64,000 nt of DNA from an archaeon. GTDB lineage: Archaea > Nanobdellota > Nanobdellia > Woesearchaeales > UBA9642. A model generated the notes under the pieces. It did not search any database and was not told where the DNA came from. It was given only the letters and a program-made list of their open reading frames with translations. Made by a program: the position numbers and the translations under genes. Shown in pieces: positions 1 to 10,011 of the stretch. Within the stretch, counting starts at the first letter, position 1. The number at the start of each line of letters is the position of its first letter. The DNA lies in the NCBI GenBank assembly GCA_020057295.1, contig JAGVGF010000005.1, forward strand, positions 1-64,000, read 5' to 3'.

Positions 1-2
1 AA

Positions 3-188
3 AACGGATATCTTTTTGAACCAGAGAACCATAAAGAACTAACAACAAAAATATTACAAGTACTAAAACTATCAAAAAAAGAAAAAAAGAAAATAGAAAC
101 TAACGCAAAAAAAAGAGCAAAAGAATTCGACAATAAATATAGTACAAAAAAATTATTAAAATATTACTATCAACTAATAAAGAAATGA
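3..188 (+). CDS. Glycosyltransferase family 4 (GT-B), C-terminal fragment cut by window edge
   Basis: Open frame reads NGYLFEPENHKELTTKILQVL...NAKKRAKEFD, a typical GT4 C-terminus; stop overlaps next ATG (ATGA). Confidence 0.7.
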   Translation, partial: NGYLFEPENHKELTTKILQVLKLSKKEKKKIETNAKKRAKEFDNKYSTKKLLKYYYQLIKK

Positions 189-985
189 AAAATAAAGAAA
201 TACTACAACAATGCAAAAGTAATATAGGATTTATTATCAATACTCTAAAAATACTTGCCATAGTAAAAAGCTGGCATAATTATTTTATCGATTATACTAC
301 CCTAGATAGAAATAAAAAAATCAATCAATTAATTCTTTGGAACGGAATAAGATATTTTATAAGACCAAAAACCACAGATATGCAAATATTCAATGAGGTA
401 TATCTATACAAAGAATATACTCCTAAAAATTTCGATATATACCCTAACGATAATATAATAGATATAGGATCACATATAGGAATATTTTCAATATATGCAG
501 CAAAAAAGGCATATAAAGGAAAAGTGTATGCATTTGAACCAATATCTAGTAATTATAGCATTCTTAAAAAAAACATTTCACTCAACAGTATAAAAAACAT
601 AATTATTGAAAATAAGGGAATATCAAATAAAAGGGGTAAAAAAAAGATATATATAAATAAAGATCCTGGCGGAAATTCATCATATATTTATAAAAATGGA
701 GATAAAAATATAATAAGTAATATGACTACTTTACAGAGAATTATAAAAGAAAATAACATCTCTAAGGTTAATCTGCTGAAGATAGACTGTGAAGGAGCGG
801 AATATGATATATTACTAAACTGTCCAGATAACATCTTTCTTAAAATAGAAAGAATATCCTTAGAATATCATTTTTTTAAAGATAAGAATCCAAAAATATT
901 AGCAAATTTTTTGAGAAAAAAAGGATATATTGTAAATCATGTTAGATGGCCATATCCTATGATGTATGCACGGAGACCTGCATGA
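185..985 (+). CDS. FkbM family SAM-dependent methyltransferase
   Basis: IIDIGSHIGIFS, VYAFEP and LLKIDCEGAEYDIL motifs. Confidence 0.9.
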   Translation: MKNKEILQQCKSNIGFIINTLKILAIVKSWHNYFIDYTTLDRNKKINQLILWNGIRYFIRPKTTDMQIFNEVYLYKEYTPKNFDIYPNDNIIDIGSHIGIFSIYAAKKAYKGKVYAFEPISSNYSILKKNISLNSIKNIIIENKGISNKRGKKKIYINKDPGGNSSYIYKNGDKNIISNMTTLQRIIKENNISKVNLLKIDCEGAEYDILLNCPDNIFLKIERISLEYHFFKDKNPKILANFLRKKGYIVNHVRWPYPMMYARRPA

Positions 986-1887
986 AATATAACTTAATTA
1001 AATTATCCATAATAATACCAACATATAACAGAAATAGCGTATTAGTAGAATGTTTACAATCCATATATCAGAATAAGTCTAAAATAGAATTTGAAGTAAT
1101 AGTTATATTTGATGGAAAAAACGATGAAACAAATAAAGTAATAAAAACACTACAAAAATACAAGAATTTTAAATATATTATTCAAGATAATAAAGGTCCT
1201 GGGGCTGCAAGAAATAAAGGATTAAACATTGCAAAAGGCAAAATAATAGCATTTTTGGATGATGATACGACAGTGAATGCAGATTGGATTAAAAAAATAA
1301 TAGACGCACACAACACTTATCCGGATATCAAAATCATAGCCGGAAAACTATTAACTAATAATCATAAGTTAATGGCAGAGTTTTCTAAGATTCTAGAATA
1401 TGAACCACTAATAGATGGACAAGAAATTAAACCTAGTTTAGTTAATAATGTGTCTTATAAAAAAGATTGTTTTAAAATTGTTAAAAAGTTTGATGAATCA
1501 ATGCGGATAGGTGAAGATATAGATTTTAATTATAGATTGTTTAAGCAAAAAATACGTGCAATTTATTTGTCTAATATTATTATAAAACACCGATATAAAG
1601 AAGATATGTACAGCATGATTAGACAACAATATTCTTTTGGTAAGGGAAGAGTAAAAATCATGTTTAAAGGAGATGATTATCCGTTCGACAAGAAAAGTAT
1701 CTTATTATATATTATTAAAAGGATCCTGACACCATTTTTTGATCCGTGGTTGAGATTTAAGTATGCTATAGCAACGAGAAAAGATAACGCCATACTCTAT
1801 TTATTTTTAGGATATATCCAACAATTCTTTTTTACATTAGGACTTATTCACGGAATAATAAATATAATTTTTAGATCTGATAATTGA
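982..1887 (+). CDS. Glycosyltransferase family 2
   Basis: SIIIPTYNR, NKGPGAARNKG, FLDDD and GEDIDF motifs; start set at the ATG overlapping the upstream stop. Confidence 0.9.
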   Translation: MKYNLIKLSIIIPTYNRNSVLVECLQSIYQNKSKIEFEVIVIFDGKNDETNKVIKTLQKYKNFKYIIQDNKGPGAARNKGLNIAKGKIIAFLDDDTTVNADWIKKIIDAHNTYPDIKIIAGKLLTNNHKLMAEFSKILEYEPLIDGQEIKPSLVNNVSYKKDCFKIVKKFDESMRIGEDIDFNYRLFKQKIRAIYLSNIIIKHRYKEDMYSMIRQQYSFGKGRVKIMFKGDDYPFDKKSILLYIIKRILTPFFDPWLRFKYAIATRKDNAILYLFLGYIQQFFFTLGLIHGIINIIFRSDN

Positions 1888-1910
1888 GCTGGTAAAGATA
1901 TAAGCTTATA

Positions 1911-2822
1911 TTATCTCCTTTTCTTCCAAATCTTAGGGAATAATTTTAAAGCATCTATTTTTGCCTTAAAAACAACTAATCCATAACCTTGAAAGATATT
2001 AGATAATACTGTTAACAATTGACAGCTAAATATTATAGGAGAAAGCATTATTAGTTTTATGATACTAAAATTTTTTATAATTAAAAGCAAATTATTTCTT
2101 TGACCATAATATTTTCTAAATGCTATATTATGTTGTGTTGACATAGAATATTTATGGAATGCTATAGCTTTAAGACAGCAGCCACACTTAAAACCAAGTT
2201 GTCTTGCTCTGAGACCTAAATCTGCATCTTCATTGTACATAAAGAAATCTTTATCAAAATATTCCTGTTTATATTTTATCTGTTCTAATAATCTTCTAGA
2301 ATATAGTGCTGCAACGGCCGAAGGACAAACTATCTCTTCTCTTTGATGTAAAGAAGTTATATCTTCAAATAAACCGCATATGTTTTTCTTAAGACCTAAA
2401 GTATTTATTGATCTATTTGTAAATAATGTTTTACTAGAAATCATATCATATCCTTTATTAGAAAATCTTATAATTTCTTTAACAAAATGTCTTTCAATTA
2501 CAACATCATTATTTAATGTTATAATATACTTGATGTTCGCATCTTTAAAGGCCTCTCTTATGCCTATATTATTACCTTCGGCAAATCCTGAATTTTTTTT
2601 ATTTATTATTATCTTTAACAACCCTCTACGAACAAGGTTATCACATTGCTCATTAATAAGAGCAACACTATTATCTGTACTCGCATTATCTACTAAAATA
2701 ATTTTTACACCATCTGGCAAATGTATGCTTTTTATACAATCTATAACATATCTAGAACCGTTCCAATTAACAATAAGTATCACTGTGTGAAATTTAACAT
2801 TTACCATAAAAAACACCATCAT
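1911..2822 (-). CDS. Glycosyltransferase family 2 (rhamnosyltransferase-like)
   Basis: ILIVNWNG, VDNASTD, NSGFAEGNNIG, LNNDV and FFMYNEDADLGLR motifs. Confidence 0.9.
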   Translation of the reverse strand: MMVFFMVNVKFHTVILIVNWNGSRYVIDCIKSIHLPDGVKIILVDNASTDNSVALINEQCDNLVRRGLLKIIINKKNSGFAEGNNIGIREAFKDANIKYIITLNNDVVIERHFVKEIIRFSNKGYDMISSKTLFTNRSINTLGLKKNICGLFEDITSLHQREEIVCPSAVAALYSRRLLEQIKYKQEYFDKDFFMYNEDADLGLRARQLGFKCGCCLKAIAFHKYSMSTQHNIAFRKYYGQRNNLLLIIKNFSIIKLIMLSPIIFSCQLLTVLSNIFQGYGLVVFKAKIDALKLFPKIWKKRR

Positions 2823-2844
2823 GCAAAGATATCAAAGATAATAA

Positions 2845-4317
2845 CTATATTTTTTCATAAATATACGAATTATTCGAATAAATTGGTTTAAGGAATTTAC
2901 AATTAAGGGGAAATCTACTATAAACAAATGTTATGCTGTTATTTGTTAAAATATCTCGTTTCAATAAACAATTACTATAATAAAACATAAAGATAGGAGC
3001 AGTATCCCCCTCTCCTAAATTGGAGGGAACTAAAGCCATCAAAGTATTTTTAGATATAGGATAAACTCCGAAAGACACATCCCATGGAGCCATAATCTTT
3101 CCATTAATATGAGCATATCGCATATACATTAACGCATCGTAATCATAAGTTGTTACGAGATGCGATGGCTCAAAAGTTTGTTCGGTTACAACATGATAAT
3201 TATAAAAAGACACAATCAAGAATAAAACAGATAAAAGTATTATAATAGATATACTTATAAATTTTTTATGTAGCATATAGTATATTTTACTCATGACAGC
3301 ATACAAACCTATACCTGATAAAGGAGCAAGCAACATTAATAATAATACTATCGCTCGTTGAAAAGGTAAAAAAACAGTATACTGCACCGTATTGTACATT
3401 ATTACAGGGATAAGTATCAATGCTGGAAGTATTATCAATATTTTATTTAATTTTTGTTTTATTATTACATACACACCTATTAATGCTGATATTATTCCTG
3501 CTAAGCCATATAACTCCATCAAGGAATAATTTACCTCAAAACCTGTCGTCCAACCATATTTAAAAGTTAAAGAATACAACACCGCGCCAAAATCTAACTT
3601 AAAATAAAATAATACGATAATAAAAGATAAAGCCATTAAGAATATATAAGGCCAATAATTTTTGATATTATTGAAGTTAAAATTATTATCAAGTAAAAAA
3701 AGTATAAATAATGCTGCTGTGATTACAAAAGTTATTACAGGATAGACAAACATAGAAACTATATAGAATATTATAGACAAATTTCTTATTTCTTTATCGA
3801 AATAAGTGTAAAAGAAGAAAAATAAGAGAAACACACCTAATATAAAAGGCACAAAGAACCATAAGCCAGTAATATTGATATTCTCTCTTATAGATAATAA
3901 AAATACGCTTGATATTATTCCTATATAGAAATTTTTTGTTAAATTATAAACAAATAACGTTAATATCAATAGTATTAATATAGTAAATATCGCTGGCAAA
4001 AATTGATAATTTAACACAGGATCAAGTCCTGTTAATGTAAACAATTGAGCGAGAAATGCATGAAATCCTGATTCTAAATTCACGTGTGGTGTTCCTAGAT
4101 AAGGATTAATATTAGGAAGAGTGCCTGCATCCATCATATAAATGGCTTGTGCTAAGTGTGTCCATTCATCACCGTGTATCGGATAAGGATATAATTCAGA
4201 AATACATCCGTTGCATTTAACATAATCTCTATAATGTAAACCGTAAATTAGAAATACACTAAGTATTATCACTGCTGTCAACAGCAGATATTTAACTTTA
4301 TTACCCCCACTATTCAC
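2845..4317 (-). CDS. Polytopic membrane protein, probable GT-C fold glycosyltransferase
   Basis: About 12 hydrophobic segments, acidic DE pair in the first external loop (PIHGDEWTH), soluble C-terminal domain, glycosylation-cluster context. Confidence 0.55.
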   Translation of the reverse strand: MNSGGNKVKYLLLTAVIILSVFLIYGLHYRDYVKCNGCISELYPYPIHGDEWTHLAQAIYMMDAGTLPNINPYLGTPHVNLESGFHAFLAQLFTLTGLDPVLNYQFLPAIFTILILLILTLFVYNLTKNFYIGIISSVFLLSIRENINITGLWFFVPFILGVFLLFFFFYTYFDKEIRNLSIIFYIVSMFVYPVITFVITAALFILFLLDNNFNFNNIKNYWPYIFLMALSFIIVLFYFKLDFGAVLYSLTFKYGWTTGFEVNYSLMELYGLAGIISALIGVYVIIKQKLNKILIILPALILIPVIMYNTVQYTVFLPFQRAIVLLLMLLAPLSGIGLYAVMSKIYYMLHKKFISISIIILLSVLFLIVSFYNYHVVTEQTFEPSHLVTTYDYDALMYMRYAHINGKIMAPWDVSFGVYPISKNTLMALVPSNLGEGDTAPIFMFYYSNCLLKRDILTNNSITFVYSRFPLNCKFLKPIYSNNSYIYEKI

Positions 4318-4372
4318 ATAGTAAATTAGCAGAATATCCTATATAAATTTTACTGAATACATATAAGAAATA

Positions 4373-4380
4373 TTTATAAA
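4373..4380 (+). promoter_or_regulatory. Archaeal TATA box (TTTATAAA) for a leaderless gene
   Basis: 22 nt separate it from the ATG at 4403; purine-rich BRE-like sequence upstream. Confidence 0.6.
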
Positions 4381-4402
4381 TAACACATTCTAGTATTGTA
4401 TA

Positions 4403-5200
4403 ATGTTAGAGAATATTTTGAAGCCTGATTGGCTTGAACGTAAACCAAGATTTGCATTTGTTATAGGTTTAGTATATGCAATTATCGGCATCGTTGCTGC
4501 ATGGATTGTTTTTCCTAACTCTCAAGGAATAGCTAGTATAGCATTCTTGTCCATGTTGCTTATTCCATCATTGAACAAGATGTTCACTATTGAAGAAAAG
4601 CAGGATAGTGTTTCAAAAAAGTTTAGTTTCAAAAAGATATTTCAGGATCATAACGATATATTACAAGTATATTTTATGTTATTCTTAGGAATATTCTTGG
4701 CATATGCATTGTTTAGTTTAAAGTTTCCAAATCTTCTTGTACAAGGAGTTTTTGATAGTCAATTAAGAATTATAGGAGCTAATGTTGGACAAGCTATTGG
4801 AGGATTTACTTTCTATTCTCTATTCCTTAATAATATAAAAATAATGTTAATATTTTTAGTGTTATCATTAGTTTTTGGTGCAGGATCAATTTTGTTTCTT
4901 GCATGGAATGCTTCAGTATGGGGAGTAGTTTTCGCATATATGGCTACACATTATACTAATGCCTTTGATAATTTTCTTGGAATGTTCTTGAAAGTTATGC
5001 CACACATGTTTCTTGAGGCCGGAGGATATTTTTTTGCAATAGTTGCTGGATGTATAATGAGTCAAGCAGTATTAAGAGAAAGTTTTGGTTCTAAAAAATT
5101 CAATTATGCAATGAAAGATGGATTCACATTTTTGACTATGAGCATAATATTATTAATTATAGGAGCACTTGTAGAAGTTTATGTTTATACACTATTCTAG
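4403..5200 (+). CDS. Stage II sporulation protein M / DUF95 family membrane protein
   Basis: LFLNNIKI, LAWNASVWG, PHMFLE and GALVE motifs in a multi-TM protein. Confidence 0.8.
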   Translation: MLENILKPDWLERKPRFAFVIGLVYAIIGIVAAWIVFPNSQGIASIAFLSMLLIPSLNKMFTIEEKQDSVSKKFSFKKIFQDHNDILQVYFMLFLGIFLAYALFSLKFPNLLVQGVFDSQLRIIGANVGQAIGGFTFYSLFLNNIKIMLIFLVLSLVFGAGSILFLAWNASVWGVVFAYMATHYTNAFDNFLGMFLKVMPHMFLEAGGYFFAIVAGCIMSQAVLRESFGSKKFNYAMKDGFTFLTMSIILLIIGALVEVYVYTLF

Positions 5201-5323
5201 AGGAACGATATGCTCTATAAGACGCAGTATATTTATAAAGGCTTTATAAACCGTTTATAAATAATGTTTTTTTCAGCGTCGATAATCGATAGGTTAATAT
5301 ATAACATGTGCTTAATCCCCTTT

Positions 5324-5914
5324 ATGATCGGCAAGGGGTTCGTGGAAGTAGTACTAAATAGCTGTTATATGGTATTTGATAAGCAAGTGCCTGGTTTCAG
5401 AATTATTTATAAGAAAGAAATAGCTAATTTATTTTCTGAAAAACTTCAAGAAAAGAAGCTTAAGACAAAGAACTTGCAAAATCCTAAAGTTTTTGATGTC
5501 TATACATATGCTATGTTCCGAGTCTTTTACAAAAGATTAAGAGATAAACCTAAGATCCAGTTAATATTGAAATTTATAGGTAAAAAGATATATGACGAAT
5601 TCAAGAGAAAGAATAAGCCATACGGAAATGTTAAGAAAGACTTAGCATTAATACAAAAATATTTCCAAAAAAACAAATTCTTTACTAACTCGCAAATTGT
5701 TTGGAGCGATAAGAAGAGATTTAGACAAACTATAAGCAATCCTGTGATTTATGATGCTGCACGAGAAATTTATAATGAGCTAGGATTTTCTATTAACATA
5801 GTTTCTAAGGTCATGGAAGCGTATTTCAATGAATACAAAATAAAAGTATTCGAAAAACATTTCAATCCATACCAACAAAATAAAAAAATAATTGAATTCT
5901 GGGAATTTAAATGA
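5324..5914 (+). CDS. Hypothetical protein (possibly V4R/H-NOX-like fold); start uncertain (5264, 5324 or 5369)
   Basis: Long ORF whose stop overlaps the next gene; fold guess from helix-helix-strand pattern only. Confidence 0.55.
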   Translation: MIGKGFVEVVLNSCYMVFDKQVPGFRIIYKKEIANLFSEKLQEKKLKTKNLQNPKVFDVYTYAMFRVFYKRLRDKPKIQLILKFIGKKIYDEFKRKNKPYGNVKKDLALIQKYFQKNKFFTNSQIVWSDKKRFRQTISNPVIYDAAREIYNELGFSINIVSKVMEAYFNEYKIKVFEKHFNPYQQNKKIIEFWEFK

Positions 5915-6150
5915 GCGAACCAACAGAAGTAATAAAAGCAGTTAAGCATTGGAATAGCATAGATGATACAATGAAGAAGATATCAGGAATACATTCAAAT
6001 ATGCACGTCACTATAGGATACGCTACTAATGGAAGAAATCCTATACCTCAAAATATAAGCGGAGTAAACGAAGATTTAGAAAAAGTATCAACTTTACTAA
6101 GTCAAGCATTAACAGAAATAGAATCCGCATCAAAAAAATTAAACGAATAA
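5911..6150 (+). CDS. Small hypothetical helical protein
   Basis: 79 aa ORF coupled to the upstream gene by ATGA overlap. Confidence 0.6.
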   Translation: MSEPTEVIKAVKHWNSIDDTMKKISGIHSNMHVTIGYATNGRNPIPQNISGVNEDLEKVSTLLSQALTEIESASKKLNE

Positions 6151-6222
6151 ACTTAAATTCTAAGAATAGTTTTCAAAACATTTATAAATTTAATTTCTTG
6201 AGAATGGAATGTAATAAAATAT

Positions 6223-7584
6223 GTGAGGCTACTAATGATAAACGCTCAGGAAATCGAACAAAAATTTATCGGTATTGCAAAAGAACTTGAATCAATGTAT
6301 GCAGATTTTCAATACTCTGATGCACTTGTAAACTTACTTGGCGAACTCGGACTCTTAAATGACACTCAGAAGTTACAAGGTTTTCTTGACATTTTAACAG
6401 TTAAATTTCAACAATCAGTCTATGGAGAACTAATTGGAAGAAACTCTTCTCTTCTCCAATATGTCGCATTTCTAGCACAAAATCCTGTTGGACGATGTTC
6501 TTCTGTACAATCTTTTAAGATTTCATTACAAAAAAATGCTAAGAATCTTGAATTTACTGATCATGAACTAATTATTGTGTTTGAATTAATGAAGATAAAT
6601 TTTGGAAAAATTACGCAAGATATTCAAAAGGAATATGATGTTGTAAACGATGCATTAACTTATCTTCAAAATCTTAAATCTTCGCTTCCAGGAGTTATGC
6701 GCACAAGTACAGGCGATCAATTATCTCTCTTTTTTAAAGGAAAATATGGAGAATATAGAAAATTAAAAAGATGGGAACGAGAAAAATATGGTGAAGGATT
6801 CAATCCATTACGTTATCTTGGAATACTTCCAGAGCAATTAATGATTCTTAAACAGAATCTTAATGCCATCAAAAGTTCACTTCACAACGGCGTTGTATCA
6901 AACATTAATAGCAATGATCTTGCAATATTTTTATGTTTAAACAGTCCAAGATTATACGGAAACAGTGTTAGAGATGCTAAAGAATATTTAAGATATCAAA
7001 ATACTGCGACTGCAAAAAGGTACGAAACTCCAAAGAAACAAACAAGCATCAAAATAATATATGATAATCTTACAGGCGCATCTGATTTAAAACCATCATT
7101 TTCATTACGTAACGTTGTTATAGCATCACTCATGCTTGCAGGAACGACTGCAGCAAGCGCGCAAACAGAAGTACAAGAATATCAAAAATCAACTAATTCT
7201 ACAACGGTTGTTGCTCAAGATCCTGATTATGCTAAGGGAAGCATAATTTTAGATGAGTTTATAGAACAAACTAAAAAAACAGAACACCGTGGAAGCTTAA
7301 ATAGTATATCTGGAAGAGAATTACAAAAACATTGGATGTCTAATGATTTAAGTAATACATTAGGAAAACACCAAGGATTTATCACGGTAAGTGTTGCAGA
7401 TGATGGCTCATATAGCATTAATATATATTCTACAAGTTCAGAAAACGATTTCGTAATAGAATATAATGCAAGACAATCACAATATGGTCTTAGAGCAGAC
7501 GGACATATTAACGGCAATAAGGGTGCCAAGGAAGCATTGAAAGCCATACATCAAATACTCGGCGCATCACACTTCATAAATTAG
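6223..7584 (+). CDS. Hypothetical protein with helical N-terminal region and internal signal-peptide-like segment
   Basis: 453 aa ORF; residues ~295-314 read LRNVVIASLMLAGTTAASAQ; TATA box at 6181-6188. Confidence 0.7.
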   Translation: MRLLMINAQEIEQKFIGIAKELESMYADFQYSDALVNLLGELGLLNDTQKLQGFLDILTVKFQQSVYGELIGRNSSLLQYVAFLAQNPVGRCSSVQSFKISLQKNAKNLEFTDHELIIVFELMKINFGKITQDIQKEYDVVNDALTYLQNLKSSLPGVMRTSTGDQLSLFFKGKYGEYRKLKRWEREKYGEGFNPLRYLGILPEQLMILKQNLNAIKSSLHNGVVSNINSNDLAIFLCLNSPRLYGNSVRDAKEYLRYQNTATAKRYETPKKQTSIKIIYDNLTGASDLKPSFSLRNVVIASLMLAGTTAASAQTEVQEYQKSTNSTTVVAQDPDYAKGSIILDEFIEQTKKTEHRGSLNSISGRELQKHWMSNDLSNTLGKHQGFITVSVADDGSYSINIYSTSSENDFVIEYNARQSQYGLRADGHINGNKGAKEALKAIHQILGASHFIN

Positions 7585-8134
7585 AAGTTTGCTGTTTTCT
7601 TCGTGCAATAACAATTGCTATTATGCCTGCTATAATAAGAGTTAGTATTCCTATAATTATCCAACGTGTTAAATTGCTTTCTTTTACAATATCCGTTGTT
7701 GTTAACAATGCTTTTTCTTCAGATGTTATCTTACAATCTTTTGAACATGAAAAAGATGATTCTGAAAGATCACACTTATTGTTTCCACAATATTCTGTAA
7801 GTGTCGTTAATGATTTTGATGCAAGAAGTGTTTCTCCATCATAAACTCTCAACTCTACACCTCTACTATTATAAGGTATTCCTAAAGTGTATTCGTCATA
7901 AAAATCAATTGGAAAAGTGGTATTATATGTTTTATTGTTTATGTCTATAATTTGAAATATTAGTCCTTCACTAAACGTATCTTCATAAGGCACGTCATAA
8001 TCTTTTGTAATATTATGGATTATCAGTCCTTCTTGCGTGTATGAAAAGGAAATGAAATATTGTTCTTCAATATTCACAGCAATAACTACTGTTGATAATA
8101 AGATACACAATCCAAGCCACAATAATATCTTCAT
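7574..8134 (-). CDS. Secreted, C-terminally membrane-anchored protein with Cys-rich motif
   Basis: Signal peptide, CGNNKCDLSESSFSCSKDC motif, C-terminal TM followed by RRK. Confidence 0.75.
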   Translation of the reverse strand: MKILLWLGLCILLSTVVIAVNIEEQYFISFSYTQEGLIIHNITKDYDVPYEDTFSEGLIFQIIDINNKTYNTTFPIDFYDEYTLGIPYNSRGVELRVYDGETLLASKSLTTLTEYCGNNKCDLSESSFSCSKDCKITSEEKALLTTTDIVKESNLTRWIIIGILTLIIAGIIAIVIARRKQQTSNL

Positions 8135-9666
8135 TTGCCGTATTTCTCTTCAATTAATGTTTTGAATCGTTCGCGAACAAGATTATCTGTTATTTTTATT
8201 TCTTCTGATGTAAGAATTCTACCCCATTTATTACCTCTTAGAACCCTTCCTTCTAGTTCCTTTATTTGATCCGCCGGAAGATAATTGCTATTTTGACTCA
8301 TATCTTTAGATGTAAGGACGAATCCTAAACTGTTATCTAATTGTATGGTGCCTTCTGCAGATTCTATTTTTTCTCTAGGAACATCATATAATACTATCGA
8401 TACATTTCCTTCTTCCTTATAATTTGGTCGCGCGATTATTTGATTATTTTTTATAAATGCATAATTAATAGTTTTCTTATCGTATAATGCTCTGGTTATT
8501 TTCCAAATATCCATATACAAATCATTACTTGTATCAATTTCTCTCCCCTTTTGTATCGCTTCTTCTTTTCCATAGCTATTTTTTTCTTTTTGAATACAGA
8601 CATCTAATTTTTCTTGAACAGCTTTGTTTCGATCAAAGCTCTTAACTCCTCTAAACCCCTTTTTCAAATAGTCATTTGCAAGAGGGATAATATTTTCACA
8701 TTTAGAATCACTCATAAAAAGCACATATCCTAATTCTTCTTCTAGAAACACATATTTAGTTCCAAATAGGGTATATATATCATTCATATAACCCAGAATT
8801 GGTCCTTCTTTTTCAGAATCTTTAAAATAACATGTTTGAAGAGCTACAACTGCACCATAATTTGTGTTTGCACATTTGGTGTAGAATTTTTGTGCAAACA
8901 TAAGAACGAAATAATCTTCAAAGATTCCTTGATATTTTGTATATTTTTGTGGGTATAACTCCTTAATCGCCAATATACTTGCTGTTATCGCAGTATACCG
9001 CGTTTCTGAAGTAGTTTGTTCCTCAGTTACAGAGTTTACTCCAGGAGCTAACTCTTCCTGCGTAGCATTTATCTCTTTAGCCAGCTTATATTCATCTACT
9101 CCCTCATCAATTAACTCATTATATATAGTATATGTTGTGTCTGCAGCCACCATTCCATCGACATAATGTCTTTCTCTCTGATTTATCTCCGCTTGTATTT
9201 CCTTGAATTCTGCTGCACACTCTTTTTCGCTTGCAAGAGGTGTTATTAAGAACTCTGTTTTTTGTAGATCGTTTACTGATTCTTGAAATCCTGTGCATGG
9301 ATCTGCTGAGAATGTTTTGGAGTATTTTCCTACTAATTTTTTTACTGTTTCTTCTTCGACATTATTTCCATAAAGTATTTTTACACTATTAGTGTCTTTG
9401 GCATATATCAATACAATATCGTTATTTGTTAAATCTGTATTATATGTTTGTGGATCTATCTCTGAAATGTAACTAAATGAAATCTTTATAGTACTCCCAA
9501 AAAGGTTAGGATATTTTAGAACTCCGTTACTACATTGCATATATGCACATTGTTCTCCAAAGCTAGCATTTTTTGCTGGTTGAATGCAATCATCTGCATG
9601 TACAATTCCACAAACTAGTATTATTATAAGTATATATAGCATTCCAAAAGTTATGCTTTTTTTCAT
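8131..9666 (-). CDS. Secreted hypothetical protein
   Basis: MKKSITFGMLYILIIILVCGIVHA signal peptide from the ATG at 9666, which overlaps the pilin stop. Confidence 0.7.
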   Translation of the reverse strand: MKKSITFGMLYILIIILVCGIVHADDCIQPAKNASFGEQCAYMQCSNGVLKYPNLFGSTIKISFSYISEIDPQTYNTDLTNNDIVLIYAKDTNSVKILYGNNVEEETVKKLVGKYSKTFSADPCTGFQESVNDLQKTEFLITPLASEKECAAEFKEIQAEINQRERHYVDGMVAADTTYTIYNELIDEGVDEYKLAKEINATQEELAPGVNSVTEEQTTSETRYTAITASILAIKELYPQKYTKYQGIFEDYFVLMFAQKFYTKCANTNYGAVVALQTCYFKDSEKEGPILGYMNDIYTLFGTKYVFLEEELGYVLFMSDSKCENIIPLANDYLKKGFRGVKSFDRNKAVQEKLDVCIQKEKNSYGKEEAIQKGREIDTSNDLYMDIWKITRALYDKKTINYAFIKNNQIIARPNYKEEGNVSIVLYDVPREKIESAEGTIQLDNSLGFVLTSKDMSQNSNYLPADQIKELEGRVLRGNKWGRILTSEEIKITDNLVRERFKTLIEEKYGK

Positions 9667-9938
9667 GGGAATAGTTTTCCTGTTGTTATGCCTGCAGATT
9701 CTTTTGTACTCATACAACATTTTCTTCCTTCAGAACATGTCCAAGGTGTAGAAGATCCGATACTGTCACAACTGGCAGCACAGATTCCTCCTCTAGCTGT
9801 ACAATCGTATATCTGATTGTTTGCTTGTGATGAGTTATTAATAAAGAAATATGCTACAATCAATAGAATAAGAAGACCGATTGCGGCTATGATAATCAGA
9901 TTCATTGATAATTCTACAGCGTTTTTATTTAGCTTCAC
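9663..9938 (-). CDS. Archaeal type IV pilin-like protein (class III signal peptide) with Cys-rich C-terminus
   Basis: KNA|VELSMNLIIIAAIGLLILL prepilin-like N-terminus; six Cys in the C-terminal part. Confidence 0.7.
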   Translation of the reverse strand: MKLNKNAVELSMNLIIIAAIGLLILLIVAYFFINNSSQANNQIYDCTARGGICAASCDSIGSSTPWTCSEGRKCCMSTKESAGITTGKLFP

Positions 9939-10011
9939 AAATAAATTTAAGTGCGTAGATTTTTAAATTTATCTAAATTAAGAAATAAAAGTAAAATAAA
10001 AAATTAGCAGT

